A stretch of DNA of 64,000 nucleotides from Carpediemonas membranifera BICM (Eukaryota > Protista > Fornicata): NCBI GenBank assembly GCA_019828565.1, contig JAHDYR010000038.1, positions 1,310,265 to 1,374,264 on the forward strand, given 5' to 3'. Each line of letters begins with the position of its first letter. The first letter of the stretch is position 1. Position numbers and translations under genes: made by a program. The notes under the pieces are model-generated. The model made no database searches. It worked only from the letters and a program-made list of their open reading frames with translations, and was not told the DNA's origin. Shown piece by piece: positions 43,450 through 53,472 of the stretch.

Positions 43450-43599
43450 TGTATCATAAAGTGTACTACGAGATGGTGCTTGTTAATGGATGTAGTGGTG
43501 TTGGCTGGGTGTCAGATCTATTGTCACGATGTCGGGTTGGGTCGCGGAGTCACAGGGGTCTTGACATGCTTTGACAAAGGGATAAGAACTCAGATAACA

Positions 43600-45258
43600 A
43601 TGAACAACAATGATAATGATGATCTAGCGATTAAGGAAGCACTAATAGGCGCTGTGCAGGTTTCAAGCATTGCTACATGTGAAATAGCCGGCGATATTCC
43701 CACTCTTCTTTGTCATGCTTATTCCCTCAACTTCAGAGAGCAGATCCCTTCGATCCGCAATGATGGTGGCATCATATACAAGTCTAGAGGCTACACACCC
43801 GAAGATCTGCTCACAATGCTCTCCGAGCTTTCACCTCTCAAGCCCACCGCACAGGCCCTCCTCGATCACGCCCGCTCGATCCTCACCAACGGTCCCCCGC
43901 TGTCCATGAATGTCGAGCTTGCCGACGGCGAGGAGCTCCCGGTCGCCCTGCACACCTTGCTCCAGGGCACGCTGTGGGCCATACTCTTGCAGGCTGGGGC
44001 CGACCCGGACCTGACGAGGACCAAGAAGCAGGCCGACGTGTACAGCATCAGCTATACCGACGCCGACAAGCACTTCTGGTTCCTCTGCAAGAAGTTTTTC
44101 TTTTCTCTCAACGTCGCAGAAAAGGACGGCGAGGGCTCCGACGGCTGGAACCACAGCAGATTGTACGCCGGCCGTCTCTTCAACATCCCCCCTAGAAGCC
44201 TCCGTTCCAAGAAACTGTCCCGCGTCGCCGTGCCCTCCATCGTCCGACTCTACGGCCTGGGTTCGGAGGTGCAGGTTATGGTCACGCCACATGGTGTGTA
44301 CGGACTTGAGCAATCCACTCGAACCATCCAGTTCAACGAGGCCGAGCGTATGAACGTTCGTATGAATGAGCTGGTGCTCGATGTCCGCAGGTTCATGCCC
44401 GAACGGCCTGCCCGAGTTTCCTTCGCTCATTGCCCCGAAGTCGCCAAGTTCGAGGCCAGTCTGCCCCCATGGCAAAAGGACCGTCTTGTCGTCGACAGTT
44501 GGTATGACGGGTATCTACTGCTCACACCTGTGGGCATTGTTGCAATCGGTGACGTCGCCAAGCAACTTGCCGGACCCAGCTCATTTACCCATAACAAGAA
44601 GATGTATCGCCCGATCGCCCTGCCCCACGGCTTCCATCCCGACAGCGCGATGGTCGAGTTCGACGCTGTCATTCTAACAATGGGCCGCCGATGCGTCATC
44701 TCTGGCCGCAACGACCATGGCCAGCTGGGTATCGGGACCAAGCAGCCAGCCACATCATTTACTACCTTCCGCTACCACGTGGACCGCTTCCTGTGCAACT
44801 ACGACTTCAACCTGTTCTTCGCCGAGCGTTGTGCCCTCATTGCTGGCCTCCTCCCCGTCTTCATCGCCCAGTCGGGGCTTCTTCCGGGCCACCTGGCCGG
44901 CGAGGAGCTCTTGGTACCCTACCCACTATGCTTCCGGCGCGACACGACGAGGTTCTACTGTGACAGCGCCTTCATCGCCCATGTCTCCAGTAACGAGACG
45001 AGCTTTGCCCTCGAGATGTTCGCTTCAGGGAATCTCCGGTTTTTTAATCGCACTGTTCCCTTTGAAGCCGTCGAGGGCGCCATATCCGCTTTCGATCTGG
45101 TCGTTTACCTCAAGACTGACAGAAATGAGTGGGTCAAGATCGACTTGGACGATCGCTACGAGAGAATGGTGATAGTTGATGAGCCCGAGGACTGCAAGCC
45201 GTTCAAATTAATCGAGGTTGACCTGCCCGCTCAACTCAGTGTATTACTAACTTACTGA
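43600..45258 (+). CDS. RCC1-like repeat family protein (paralog of 1674-3790, no TPR)
   Basis: LLQGTLWAILLQAGADPDL, KHFWFLCKKFFF, SGRNDHGQLGIG. Confidence 0.75.
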   Translation: MNNNDNDDLAIKEALIGAVQVSSIATCEIAGDIPTLLCHAYSLNFREQIPSIRNDGGIIYKSRGYTPEDLLTMLSELSPLKPTAQALLDHARSILTNGPPLSMNVELADGEELPVALHTLLQGTLWAILLQAGADPDLTRTKKQADVYSISYTDADKHFWFLCKKFFFSLNVAEKDGEGSDGWNHSRLYAGRLFNIPPRSLRSKKLSRVAVPSIVRLYGLGSEVQVMVTPHGVYGLEQSTRTIQFNEAERMNVRMNELVLDVRRFMPERPARVSFAHCPEVAKFEASLPPWQKDRLVVDSWYDGYLLLTPVGIVAIGDVAKQLAGPSSFTHNKKMYRPIALPHGFHPDSAMVEFDAVILTMGRRCVISGRNDHGQLGIGTKQPATSFTTFRYHVDRFLCNYDFNLFFAERCALIAGLLPVFIAQSGLLPGHLAGEELLVPYPLCFRRDTTRFYCDSAFIAHVSSNETSFALEMFASGNLRFFNRTVPFEAVEGAISAFDLVVYLKTDRNEWVKIDLDDRYERMVIVDEPEDCKPFKLIEVDLPAQLSVLLTY

Positions 45259-45318
45259 GTTTCCTAAATCGCACTCTAAACCAAGATTTAGCATGATAAG
45301 ATGATACGATATGACCGC

Positions 45319-48318
45319 TCACCGCTTGACAAGGAAGCTTCCGTCGTCATTCTCCTCCAGCAACACAGAACGCCGCAGATCTTCGCTGCGAAGAAGCTCC
45401 CTTGCCCCAGAGGAGAGGCGAATCGTCCCCACCGCGGCAGCCTGCTCCATCGCCTCGGCCTGGGCGACAGCATCGCCGAATATATCAAATATTGAGGTCT
45501 GATCCCGACCCATGACCGCTCCGATACAACTTCCGTACGCGATACCAAATCTACAGTGAATCTCTGGATACTCTGACCTCTCATCTTCCAAAAACTTGCA
45601 AATCTTCCGGGAAAGATTGACTAGAGGCAGCACGAGCGCCCCACCCGCCTCAGGCACGCCGCATGCAACTACATATGCGTCTCCAACCGTCTTGATCTTG
45701 TTGATGGGTATACCTCTCTCGGCCATGGCCACGATGATCTCGTCGCACTCGTTATACAGCCAGTTAAGCATCGATACAGCCTCCCTGGATGACCGTCTGG
45801 CGCACCAAGCCGTGAATCCGACGATGTCGAACTGCATGACTCCGACGTGCGGGAATAGAGTTGGTGCGATCGGGGTGTCTGCCTTGATGGACTCGCAGAT
45901 CTTAGCGGGGTAGATGAGGGCGAGCAGTGTTTCCTTCTCTTCCTTCATCGCGCGTGCGGCGACTTCAATGTTCTCGGCCTCAGCGGTCGACTGATATTGT
46001 AGAATGGATCTCGAAGTCCTGTTTTTCCAAACGGCAGCGGTCATAGCCAAGATATGCAGCAAGTCGATTACTGTTACTGAGTGGAGCCGCGCAACACGGG
46101 GTATGGTGGTCAGCGCATGCGCGGTTATGTAGAAACCAGCCTGCATGCCGACGAATGCAATAGCAACAAGGATAGTAGCCAAAGGGTCGCGAAGGAAGTC
46201 GAAGAACGAGAGGAAAGAGATGAACGCGCAGAACGACACGATTGCCAGGTTGAACCAGGTCAGGATGTTCGGCTCAGACTGGGCATTCAGACCACATCCG
46301 ACGAGCACAGCCCCGGCCACACGGGTGAGTGCGAAGAGGGCGATCTGAACCACAACCACGGCAGACGCGGCCCCACTTCGCTTGGTCTTGAGTAGCAAGT
46401 AGAGCAGAGCGGTGAGCATGCCCTCGACCACCATCTGGGCGATACACAGTAAGATGAGGGGAATTATCACGGAGAGTGGCAGAGCTGGGGCGACGAGTAT
46501 AAAGGCGATGTCGTGGATCAAGAGGATGAGGTCCATGTACACTTGTGCGATGAGAGTCTGTCGGGAGACATTGCTGCATGCGAAGCGTCTGTAGCTGCTC
46601 TCGAATATCGGGTCCTTGAACGCAAGCCCTGTCAGCATCCGCTTATAACTACCCTGGTACCGTTTCACGAACTCCCGTGGCGGCATGCTCCTGGCACTCT
46701 GCAGGGCCGGTACAAGCGTGATACTCTGAATCCTGCTGATACTAGTGAACAATGAGTGGGACAACCGCGGCGTGATCTCCTCCGTGGCCGACATGAACGG
46801 GTTTTCCCTCTCATTGCCTGGGTACGGCGTAACAGCACTCGTGCTGAAAGACGCGAACGTCGTCTCGGTCGTGGCGATCGTGACCATGGTCACCGGTTCG
46901 AGAGACACGCGACACGGTGCACATGTCCCGATGCCCTTGACGAACACAGGGCCCATCGGCTCGACACAGCGACCGTGAACATTCTGTCCGCGGACGATGA
47001 ACGCGTCAAGGGCGGCCTGGTCTATCACAACGGTCCCCGGGACCGCCAGGCTCTCCATGCGGGCTGCAGCGTTGACCACCGTGCCCCAGACATCAAACTG
47101 GAACCTAAGCTGGCCAATAACACCGCCAGATACGGGCCCCGCAGCCACACCGGCCTTGACCTGGATGGCGTACGGAGAGAGTGCAGCCACGTCGTCTAGG
47201 GCGTCGATCACGGAGGTTATGTCGCAATGGTCTATGCTGTCTGCAAATAGTAGTATCTTGGGCCCGATTGTCTTGATCTTCTCGAACCCGTAGTTCGTCA
47301 CAAGATCTGTGATGATCGTAAAGCAGGCGTTGAATGCGTCAACCTTCGAACTCGGCCTTGTCGCCTCGTCGATCACTACATGGGCAAATATGACGACGCT
47401 CAGCTCATAGTCGTCGATGACGGGATCCTCGCCTCCTTCAACTCGGGTGAGAATCGTCGGGGGGAAAATCTCCTTGATGTGCGAGTAAATCAGATCTTTC
47501 TGCTTCAATATATGGTTCACTGAGGCGTTGACTTGGGTGATTGCTGCGAAACTGCGTCTGAGGACTGTGTCTTGGTTCAACCTGAGGTAAATGGCCGCGA
47601 TAATGGTCTGGGAAAGGACGCTGAAGGAAACTAGTGTGAAAATAACTGGCAGGCCTGCCATTGAGGCGGCTATACCGCATGTAAGATGAACCACGGTCAT
47701 TACTACTGACAACCACATGATATGCACCCGGGGCAGAGGCCATATGACCATGAGGAGCCAAGGCAGGAACACAAGACTGGATATGGGCCTGCTAAACGGG
47801 TGAGTGTTGAACTCGTTGACCATGCCAACCCACATGAAAAGTGCTCCTGCAGTAGACGTGAAAAGAACTGTGCTGCATGATAGGACCAGGTAAAAGGGAT
47901 ACACGGAGCGGCTCATGAGGTCGAGAAACATCACAGCGAAGAAGTTGGCGACAAGGATGCCGTAGGCGAGGGCTACTGCGATTCCAACGGCGGTGGGGTG
48001 GATGACGCAGCTTGCTAGGTTGACGATGAATACGATCGTCTCTAAAAGCCAGAGAACGAGGCTGAAAAATGCTTGAGTGATGCGAACATGTCTGTTTTGA
48101 GCAATGAAGCGCTCGTATCGTCGCTCATCCTTGCTGAAGAGCCACCATGTCGAGATCCACCGCTTTGGCACCGAGAGGTATCGGAATCGCGCTATTCCTT
48201 CGTCAGTTGAAATATGTGGTAGCATTGGTATGTCTTTGAGCTTTGTAGTAGTAGTATCGCTGACATCAGCGAGCTGCCGTTCGAGCATCCTTCTGATCGC
48301 AATATTCGACGCAATCAT
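45319..48318 (-). CDS. Class III membrane nucleotide cyclase with two TM clusters and two catalytic domains (probably adenylyl)
   Basis: EKIKTIG/FDVWGTVVNAAARME in domain 1; FDIVGFT, KIKTVGDAY, FDIFGDAV in domain 2. Confidence 0.9.
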   Translation of the reverse strand: MIASNIAIRRMLERQLADVSDTTTTKLKDIPMLPHISTDEGIARFRYLSVPKRWISTWWLFSKDERRYERFIAQNRHVRITQAFFSLVLWLLETIVFIVNLASCVIHPTAVGIAVALAYGILVANFFAVMFLDLMSRSVYPFYLVLSCSTVLFTSTAGALFMWVGMVNEFNTHPFSRPISSLVFLPWLLMVIWPLPRVHIMWLSVVMTVVHLTCGIAASMAGLPVIFTLVSFSVLSQTIIAAIYLRLNQDTVLRRSFAAITQVNASVNHILKQKDLIYSHIKEIFPPTILTRVEGGEDPVIDDYELSVVIFAHVVIDEATRPSSKVDAFNACFTIITDLVTNYGFEKIKTIGPKILLFADSIDHCDITSVIDALDDVAALSPYAIQVKAGVAAGPVSGGVIGQLRFQFDVWGTVVNAAARMESLAVPGTVVIDQAALDAFIVRGQNVHGRCVEPMGPVFVKGIGTCAPCRVSLEPVTMVTIATTETTFASFSTSAVTPYPGNERENPFMSATEEITPRLSHSLFTSISRIQSITLVPALQSARSMPPREFVKRYQGSYKRMLTGLAFKDPIFESSYRRFACSNVSRQTLIAQVYMDLILLIHDIAFILVAPALPLSVIIPLILLCIAQMVVEGMLTALLYLLLKTKRSGAASAVVVVQIALFALTRVAGAVLVGCGLNAQSEPNILTWFNLAIVSFCAFISFLSFFDFLRDPLATILVAIAFVGMQAGFYITAHALTTIPRVARLHSVTVIDLLHILAMTAAVWKNRTSRSILQYQSTAEAENIEVAARAMKEEKETLLALIYPAKICESIKADTPIAPTLFPHVGVMQFDIVGFTAWCARRSSREAVSMLNWLYNECDEIIVAMAERGIPINKIKTVGDAYVVACGVPEAGGALVLPLVNLSRKICKFLEDERSEYPEIHCRFGIAYGSCIGAVMGRDQTSIFDIFGDAVAQAEAMEQAAAVGTIRLSSGARELLRSEDLRRSVLLEENDDGSFLVKR

Positions 48319-48638
48319 TTCTAAGGAATGGGTCCGATGGTGCCCAGAAGGGCGTGCGGGCAGGTGTATTGGCGATAGTTGGGATGAATGGGCATTTCTT
48401 GAAGTTTTAGAAGCGTCTCGCTCTTGAGCAGTGTGTTTGAAACGAGTCGGGCGAAATGTGTAAGAAACAGGGTCACGCTGTAAACCATTCTTATCACGCT
48501 AGCACTGGTCTGGTGTCAACATCGACCAGCCTGAAGGTTCCGCAGGATAGGCTGCCGCAAAAGCTTGGCGGAGCGAACTTTCCTCCTCCTTTAGCTACAA
48601 CCGCCCAACGTTGTTCACCCAGCTTATTTAGATCTATA

Positions 48639-50066
48639 ATGGGGATAAAGGGGCTTCTTCCCATCTTCAAGAACATCACTGAAGATAATGTCCACATTTC
48701 TCAATTTGCTGGCAAACGCGCTGCTGTAGACGGCTTTGTATGGCTCCATCGCTATGCGGTAGCCTGTGCGGAGGACCTATGCACTGGATTTCCCACGAAC
48801 AAGTTCATTTCCGGTTTCCTCGGACGTGTACGAATGCTTCAGGACGCCCGCATCACTCCCGTCATAGTTTTCGACGGCGGTCCGCTTCCCTCCAAAGCAG
48901 GTGAAGAGGAACATCGTGCCCAACGGCGCAAGGAGGCTCTAGCCTCGGCCAAACGCATGGACGCGGCCGACGCGTACCGCGAGTACATGCGTGCAGTAGA
49001 CATCAACGCTGAGATGGCGACACGCATCCAGCGCATCCTAGTTGCCATGGGGATCGAAGTGATCATCGCCCCGTACGAAGCAGACCCCCAACTGGCCTTC
49101 CTCTACCGCGAGGGTCTGGTCGACCTGGTCATCACCGAGGACAGCGATATGATCCCATTCGGGGTCAAGCACATGCTACTGAAGCTCCAGAATGACGGAA
49201 CCGGCGCCTATCTGGACCTCACGAAGATCGAGGACACCACCGCCCTGGACTTCAGAAACGTCAATGACGACATGATCCTGGACGCATGTATACTCTCCGG
49301 ATGTGACTATCTCCCGTCCATCAGGAAGGTCGGTATCAAGACGGCGTTCAAGATTGTGAAGGAGACGGGGTCGGGGGAGCGGGCCATCCTCCAGCTCGCA
49401 CTCTCCGGCAAATACCAGGTGCCGGTCGACTACTCTGCGAACTACACAAAGGCTAGACTCTGTTTCCGGCACCAACGGGTATTTGACCCGAGAACTCGCA
49501 CTTTAGTGCACTTGACTCCACTCACAGTCGCCCCGGCCGACACCGCCTTCCTCGGCCCTGCCCTGGACGACGCCGTGGCCCGTGGTGTGGCAGACGGCCA
49601 GCTCCACCCGACCACCCGCCTGCCCTTCGACACGAAGAATAAGCAGTGGGTCCTTCATTTGTCAGACAAGGTTCGCCAGGAGGACGAGGCTGAGTTTATT
49701 AACGGTGAGTCAGGCAGGGCCTCTGCCACCTCGTTCTCTGCCCCAGCGTCACTCGCTTCTTCTCTTCGAAACTCGACCCAACCTTCCCAGTCGACCGAAC
49801 GCAAGCCTCTGACGACAAGAATTCTGGGCCGACCAGTACAGCTGTCGTCGTACTCACCACCGACTGTCACCCGAGTCCATAGGCGATGGAACCCCTCGCA
49901 GTCGCAGTCGCAGTCTCAAGGGTCCACCCCGACTGAGACCAATATCACTTCGCAGTTTAAGGATCTGTTGTGTGCGTCGACGACCTCATCAGTGTTTAAG
50001 CCTGTGAGACGGAAGGAGAGCGTTAAGCGGGCTGGGAATGGATGGGTTGCTCCTGTTTTTGATTGA
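48639..50066 (+). CDS. EXO1: Exonuclease 1 (XPG/FEN1 family)
   Basis: MGIKGLLP, AAVDGFVWLHR, VFDGGPLPSK, APYEADPQLA, ITEDSD, CILSGCDYLPS, FRHQRVFDP. Confidence 0.95.
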   Translation: MGIKGLLPIFKNITEDNVHISQFAGKRAAVDGFVWLHRYAVACAEDLCTGFPTNKFISGFLGRVRMLQDARITPVIVFDGGPLPSKAGEEEHRAQRRKEALASAKRMDAADAYREYMRAVDINAEMATRIQRILVAMGIEVIIAPYEADPQLAFLYREGLVDLVITEDSDMIPFGVKHMLLKLQNDGTGAYLDLTKIEDTTALDFRNVNDDMILDACILSGCDYLPSIRKVGIKTAFKIVKETGSGERAILQLALSGKYQVPVDYSANYTKARLCFRHQRVFDPRTRTLVHLTPLTVAPADTAFLGPALDDAVARGVADGQLHPTTRLPFDTKNKQWVLHLSDKVRQEDEAEFINGESGRASATSFSAPASLASSLRNSTQPSQSTERKPLTTRILGRPVQLSSYSPPTVTRVHRRWNPSQSQSQSQGSTPTETNITSQFKDLLCASTTSSVFKPVRRKESVKRAGNGWVAPVFD

Positions 50067-50174
50067 ATCGCTGGGGCAAATCCATGTGCGGTGTTAAATA
50101 AACTTTGCCCCATGCTGGTTGATGCTTATGTCGGTATAATGCCATGCAACACGGTTTTACTCCTGTTTCTGGTG

Positions 50175-50365
50175 TGCCGAAGGGCCTATGGGGCGAGTGG
50201 AATCACCTGTCAGCGGACGCAGTAGGCACCTGATCCAGGAAATGAGCGCTGCTGACTAGCTCAGGACAGGGATTAGGCCGTGCCCCGGGGCACTCAGCTC
50301 CAAGATAACGGGACGAAAGCTCAGTCCGGGGCCTGATACCAGCCATAAACTTCTTTCTTTCTTTC
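50175..50365 (+). mobile_element. 3'-terminal ~190-nt fragment of the LINE family with terminal stem-loop and (TTTC)n tail
   Basis: Aligns to the reverse complement of 55761-55955; GCCCCGG...CCGGGGC stem and ttctttctttctttc tail. Confidence 0.85.
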
Positions 50366-50844
50366 CCAGCTTCTGGGGTTTCCTGTCTGATTTGGCAGAC
50401 GCCTCGGCTGTCTAGCCAAACCTAACGGGGGGGGAGTGAATTTACGGGTCGACCTCCAGGTCTCGCGCGTGAATTCGGCTGTCGGGAGACTCGCCCGACG
50501 CCTGGTGCTCGCCTCAGGAGCGAAGCGGTGGCCGCCGTCTTGTCGGCCATTTCTCTCCAGCATGTGCCAAATCAATTCATCAATTGATTGGGCGGGTCTA
50601 CAGTGCCCTCCGCACGTTCCCATCATAGGCCAGGCCGTTCCTGGCGTGCGGTGCCCATCACCGCGGAGCCGCAGACCTACGTACTGACACTGCTGGGTCG
50701 GAGTCCGCGCGAGATCTATCTCGGCGATACCGAGAAGATTCTTGAGATCGACAAAATATTTATTTGATAGACCAGAGATGATACGAGTCAAGAGGAATCA
50801 ACAGGACCAAATCGTATCACCTACCAGCAGAACCTGATGGCCTC

Positions 50845-53140
50845 GTGGACATAGCGACAGGAAGACCCCCCAGAGACCTAGAGCAGCACGTCCACACCTT
50901 CCAGGCGTGGGGCGACCGTCTAGCGACGGAGCTCAAAGCGTATGAGAGAAGAGAAGGCTGCAGAGTCCACCTGTTCGCCAAGGGAAAGCACATGGAGATG
51001 TTCCTCCTCACAGACGCAGCGAACGGCTTAGCCGCAGAGAGCAGAGACTACTTCGCACAGAGACTAGTGGACGAAAACGAGCTGCCAACGCTGCTGGTCA
51101 GGGCTAGACCCGACCTCGAACAGAGATTCAGAGTCAATTACAACAACGCGCAGAGCATGGAGTGGCTAGACCTGTGGACCAGCCGGTGGCAATCACGGGA
51201 AGCACCCAAGAGAGTATGCCCCTACCACAGCCACACGGCGGGGTGCTATCACTGCGCACTGGCGGACAGCACACTGTTCGCAATCAGAGTTCTAGCACTA
51301 TTCAGAGGCACCAACGGCATCGGTGAGTTAGAGGACGCCCTCAGACTGCTGCAGCCAGCCATTGAGGAAGAGGTCAGAGCAGCCAGAGAAAGCAGTGACA
51401 TCATAGCAGGGCTGGGGTTCCAGCCGAGGCACACAGCGTTCCAGGAGTTTGGCCCCCACCCAGCGTTCAGAGAGATCAGAGACGGGCACCAGGGCAACAG
51501 GTTCCTTGTAGTGCCAGACAGAGAACACAGGTTCGGCATTGGCTTCGGATTTGCAGAGGTAGCGATGGGGATGAAGGGCCTGCTCCTATCCCCTGACGCC
51601 TTCACTGACAGAGACAACAGAGTCACTAGGAACCCTATCTGGACACTGGAAGAGGAGCTAGACAACCCAGAGCAACTCAGAGCGGTCCAGGGCCGAGCCG
51701 GCCTTGGAGCGCACAACGAAGAGAACATGGTCACACTGTCACAGCTCGTCAACTGGTGGCCCAGCAGAGAGCGCATCGCCCGGCAAGAGACCTGGGGATG
51801 CGAAGAGCTAGCAGAGGCACTCAGAGAGTTTGAAGGGCGCATAGCCAATGTCAAAGCCCCCCGAACGCCAGAGCCTCCATCAGAGTCGCATTCATCCCCA
51901 GAGACTGGGGACTGATCAGAACCAGAGACGCGGGGTCTATCCTGAAGCGCATGCGCTGGGAAGGCCGACGCATGGTCACCACAGTGATCCCGGAAGAGGC
52001 CAGAGTCAGAATGGGGGCATCCCACCCAGCGGATACAAACCCGACGTGGACGGCAAGGACGAGATACCCTTCAGGGTCACGTACAGAGACACTCACCTCC
52101 AGATGGCAGTCGGCGAAGTCGAGCACCAAGTGGTAGGCAGGAACTTCAGAGACATCCTGGACCCTGCAACCCGGGTGGACAGACGCCGCGAGGACGAGCG
52201 CCGTGACCACAAAGAGATCAGGCGCCCGGACATCAGAGATGAGAGACACCACGACAGAGAGGTGGGTCACCAAGTTGACAGAGAGGCCAGACGGTCGGTC
52301 GACCAGGAAGTCAGGCGCCCTACTGGCAGAGAGATCGGACATCCCACCCACAGAGAAGCCATACACCTGGCCGACAGAGAGGCCAGACGTCCGGCTGACT
52401 ATGAGGTCAGACGCCCCATCGCCAGAGAAGCTGACCAACCCACCGAAAGAGACATCAGACACCCTGACGACAGAGAGGCTGGGCGCCTCATCGACAGAGA
52501 AATCAGACGTCCTGAAATCTATGAACGCGACACGGAGCTCGAACGTCTGGAAGCCAGGGCCAACAGAGCAGAACAGGGCGGTCTCCGGATCAGACCCGAC
52601 TTCGAAGAGGCAGAGAGGCGCCAGCGGGAGAGAAACGAGTGGCTTAGAGAACATCTTGGAACAGCCAGAGACAACCGCAGAGGCAACCACTCCTCAGCAG
52701 CCGGCAAGCGAGGCAGCCAAGGCAGAGACGACCTATCCGAGTCAGGAAAGAGGAGCAGACACAGTGACGACACCGCTGGGACGGTAAGAAGCAGACTACC
52801 GGACCAGCAGGACGCCGAGAAACAGAGGCTCCTACTTCAACTGGCAGAGGCACAGCGAGAAATCTCAGCCCTCAAGGCCGCCCGGCAGAGACCCGCAGAC
52901 CTGGCAGGCACTGAACCCGACCCCCTTGTCAGACCACCGATTGAGATGGTCAAGAACAGAGACGCCGCGGTAGTGCCCCGTCGCAGGAACAAGAGCAGGA
53001 GAACCAGGACCACCAGACAGATGGACCCCATGGAGATGATGACACAGTTCATGTCCTTCATGGCCAACATGCAAGGTGGTCAGGCCCGCGACCCTGAACC
53101 GTATGATGATGCCAGTGAAAGTGAGGTCTCGGAGGAGTAA
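50845..53140 (+). pseudogene. LINE-A ORF1 (partial MAEL-like DEDDh domain + novel domain + Arg/Asp-rich region + coiled coil); frameshifts near 51900-52020
   Basis: AKGKHMEMFLL, CPYHSHTAGCYHCALAD, HRFGIGFGF, QLAEAQREISALKAAR, PMEMMTQF all shared with B ORF1. Confidence 0.75.
52190..52525 (+). repeat. Degenerate 24-bp coding repeat (~DRE[AIV]RRP)
   Basis: Recurrent gacagagaggccagacg / gagatcagacg units giving 8-aa periodicity. Confidence 0.65.
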
Positions 53141-53472
53141 GTGGATCAGAGATAAAGCAGTATTCTTTCAGAAACTAGTGTATCAGACTTTCTTTCTTTA
53201 TATAACCCTGGCTCCCACCCAGGGCCTGGCATTAGCCTACGGGCACTGCCAGTGGGCTGTGGCGGCAGCCAAAGGGGGGGTCACGCCACTGCGCCCCCTC
53301 CTAAGTATCCATGCCCGAGGGCGAATCGGTCACCAAGAAGCACGGAGGCTGGCCCGCCAAGGGTTACCAAGACCGGCATCGAGGCCCCTTGACGGGACAG
53401 TGACACAGTGAACCCTTAGCCCCTGCAGAAATTCTCAGAATTCGCAGGATAAGGATCAGAGCATAGTACAAC
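53141..53472 (+). promoter_or_regulatory. Conserved structured inter-ORF spacer of LINE-A
   Basis: Blocks AAAGCAGTATTCTTTCA, CCCTGGCTCCCACCCAGGG, GGCTGTRGCGGCAGCC, CCCCTCCTAAG, GAATTCGCAGGATAAGGA shared with 60225-60555. Confidence 0.7.

Noticed and set aside
50175-50365. LTR or Penelope pseudo-LTR of copy A
   Set aside because: Separated from A by ~450 bp of unrelated sequence, and the RT is APE-LINE type; best read as an independent 5'-truncated insertion
53206-53400. HDV-like or hammerhead ribozyme in the LINE spacer
   Set aside because: The GGCGAAT motif in A is not conserved in B, and there is no YCCHCGY L3 loop or CTGATGA/GAAA core; kept only as an unassigned structure
53137-53447. 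GTAAG...TTCGCAG as an intron fusing LINE ORF1 to ORF2
   Set aside because: Splicing meets a TAG before ORF2 in copy A and is out of frame in copy B; it would also be ~10x the local intron size
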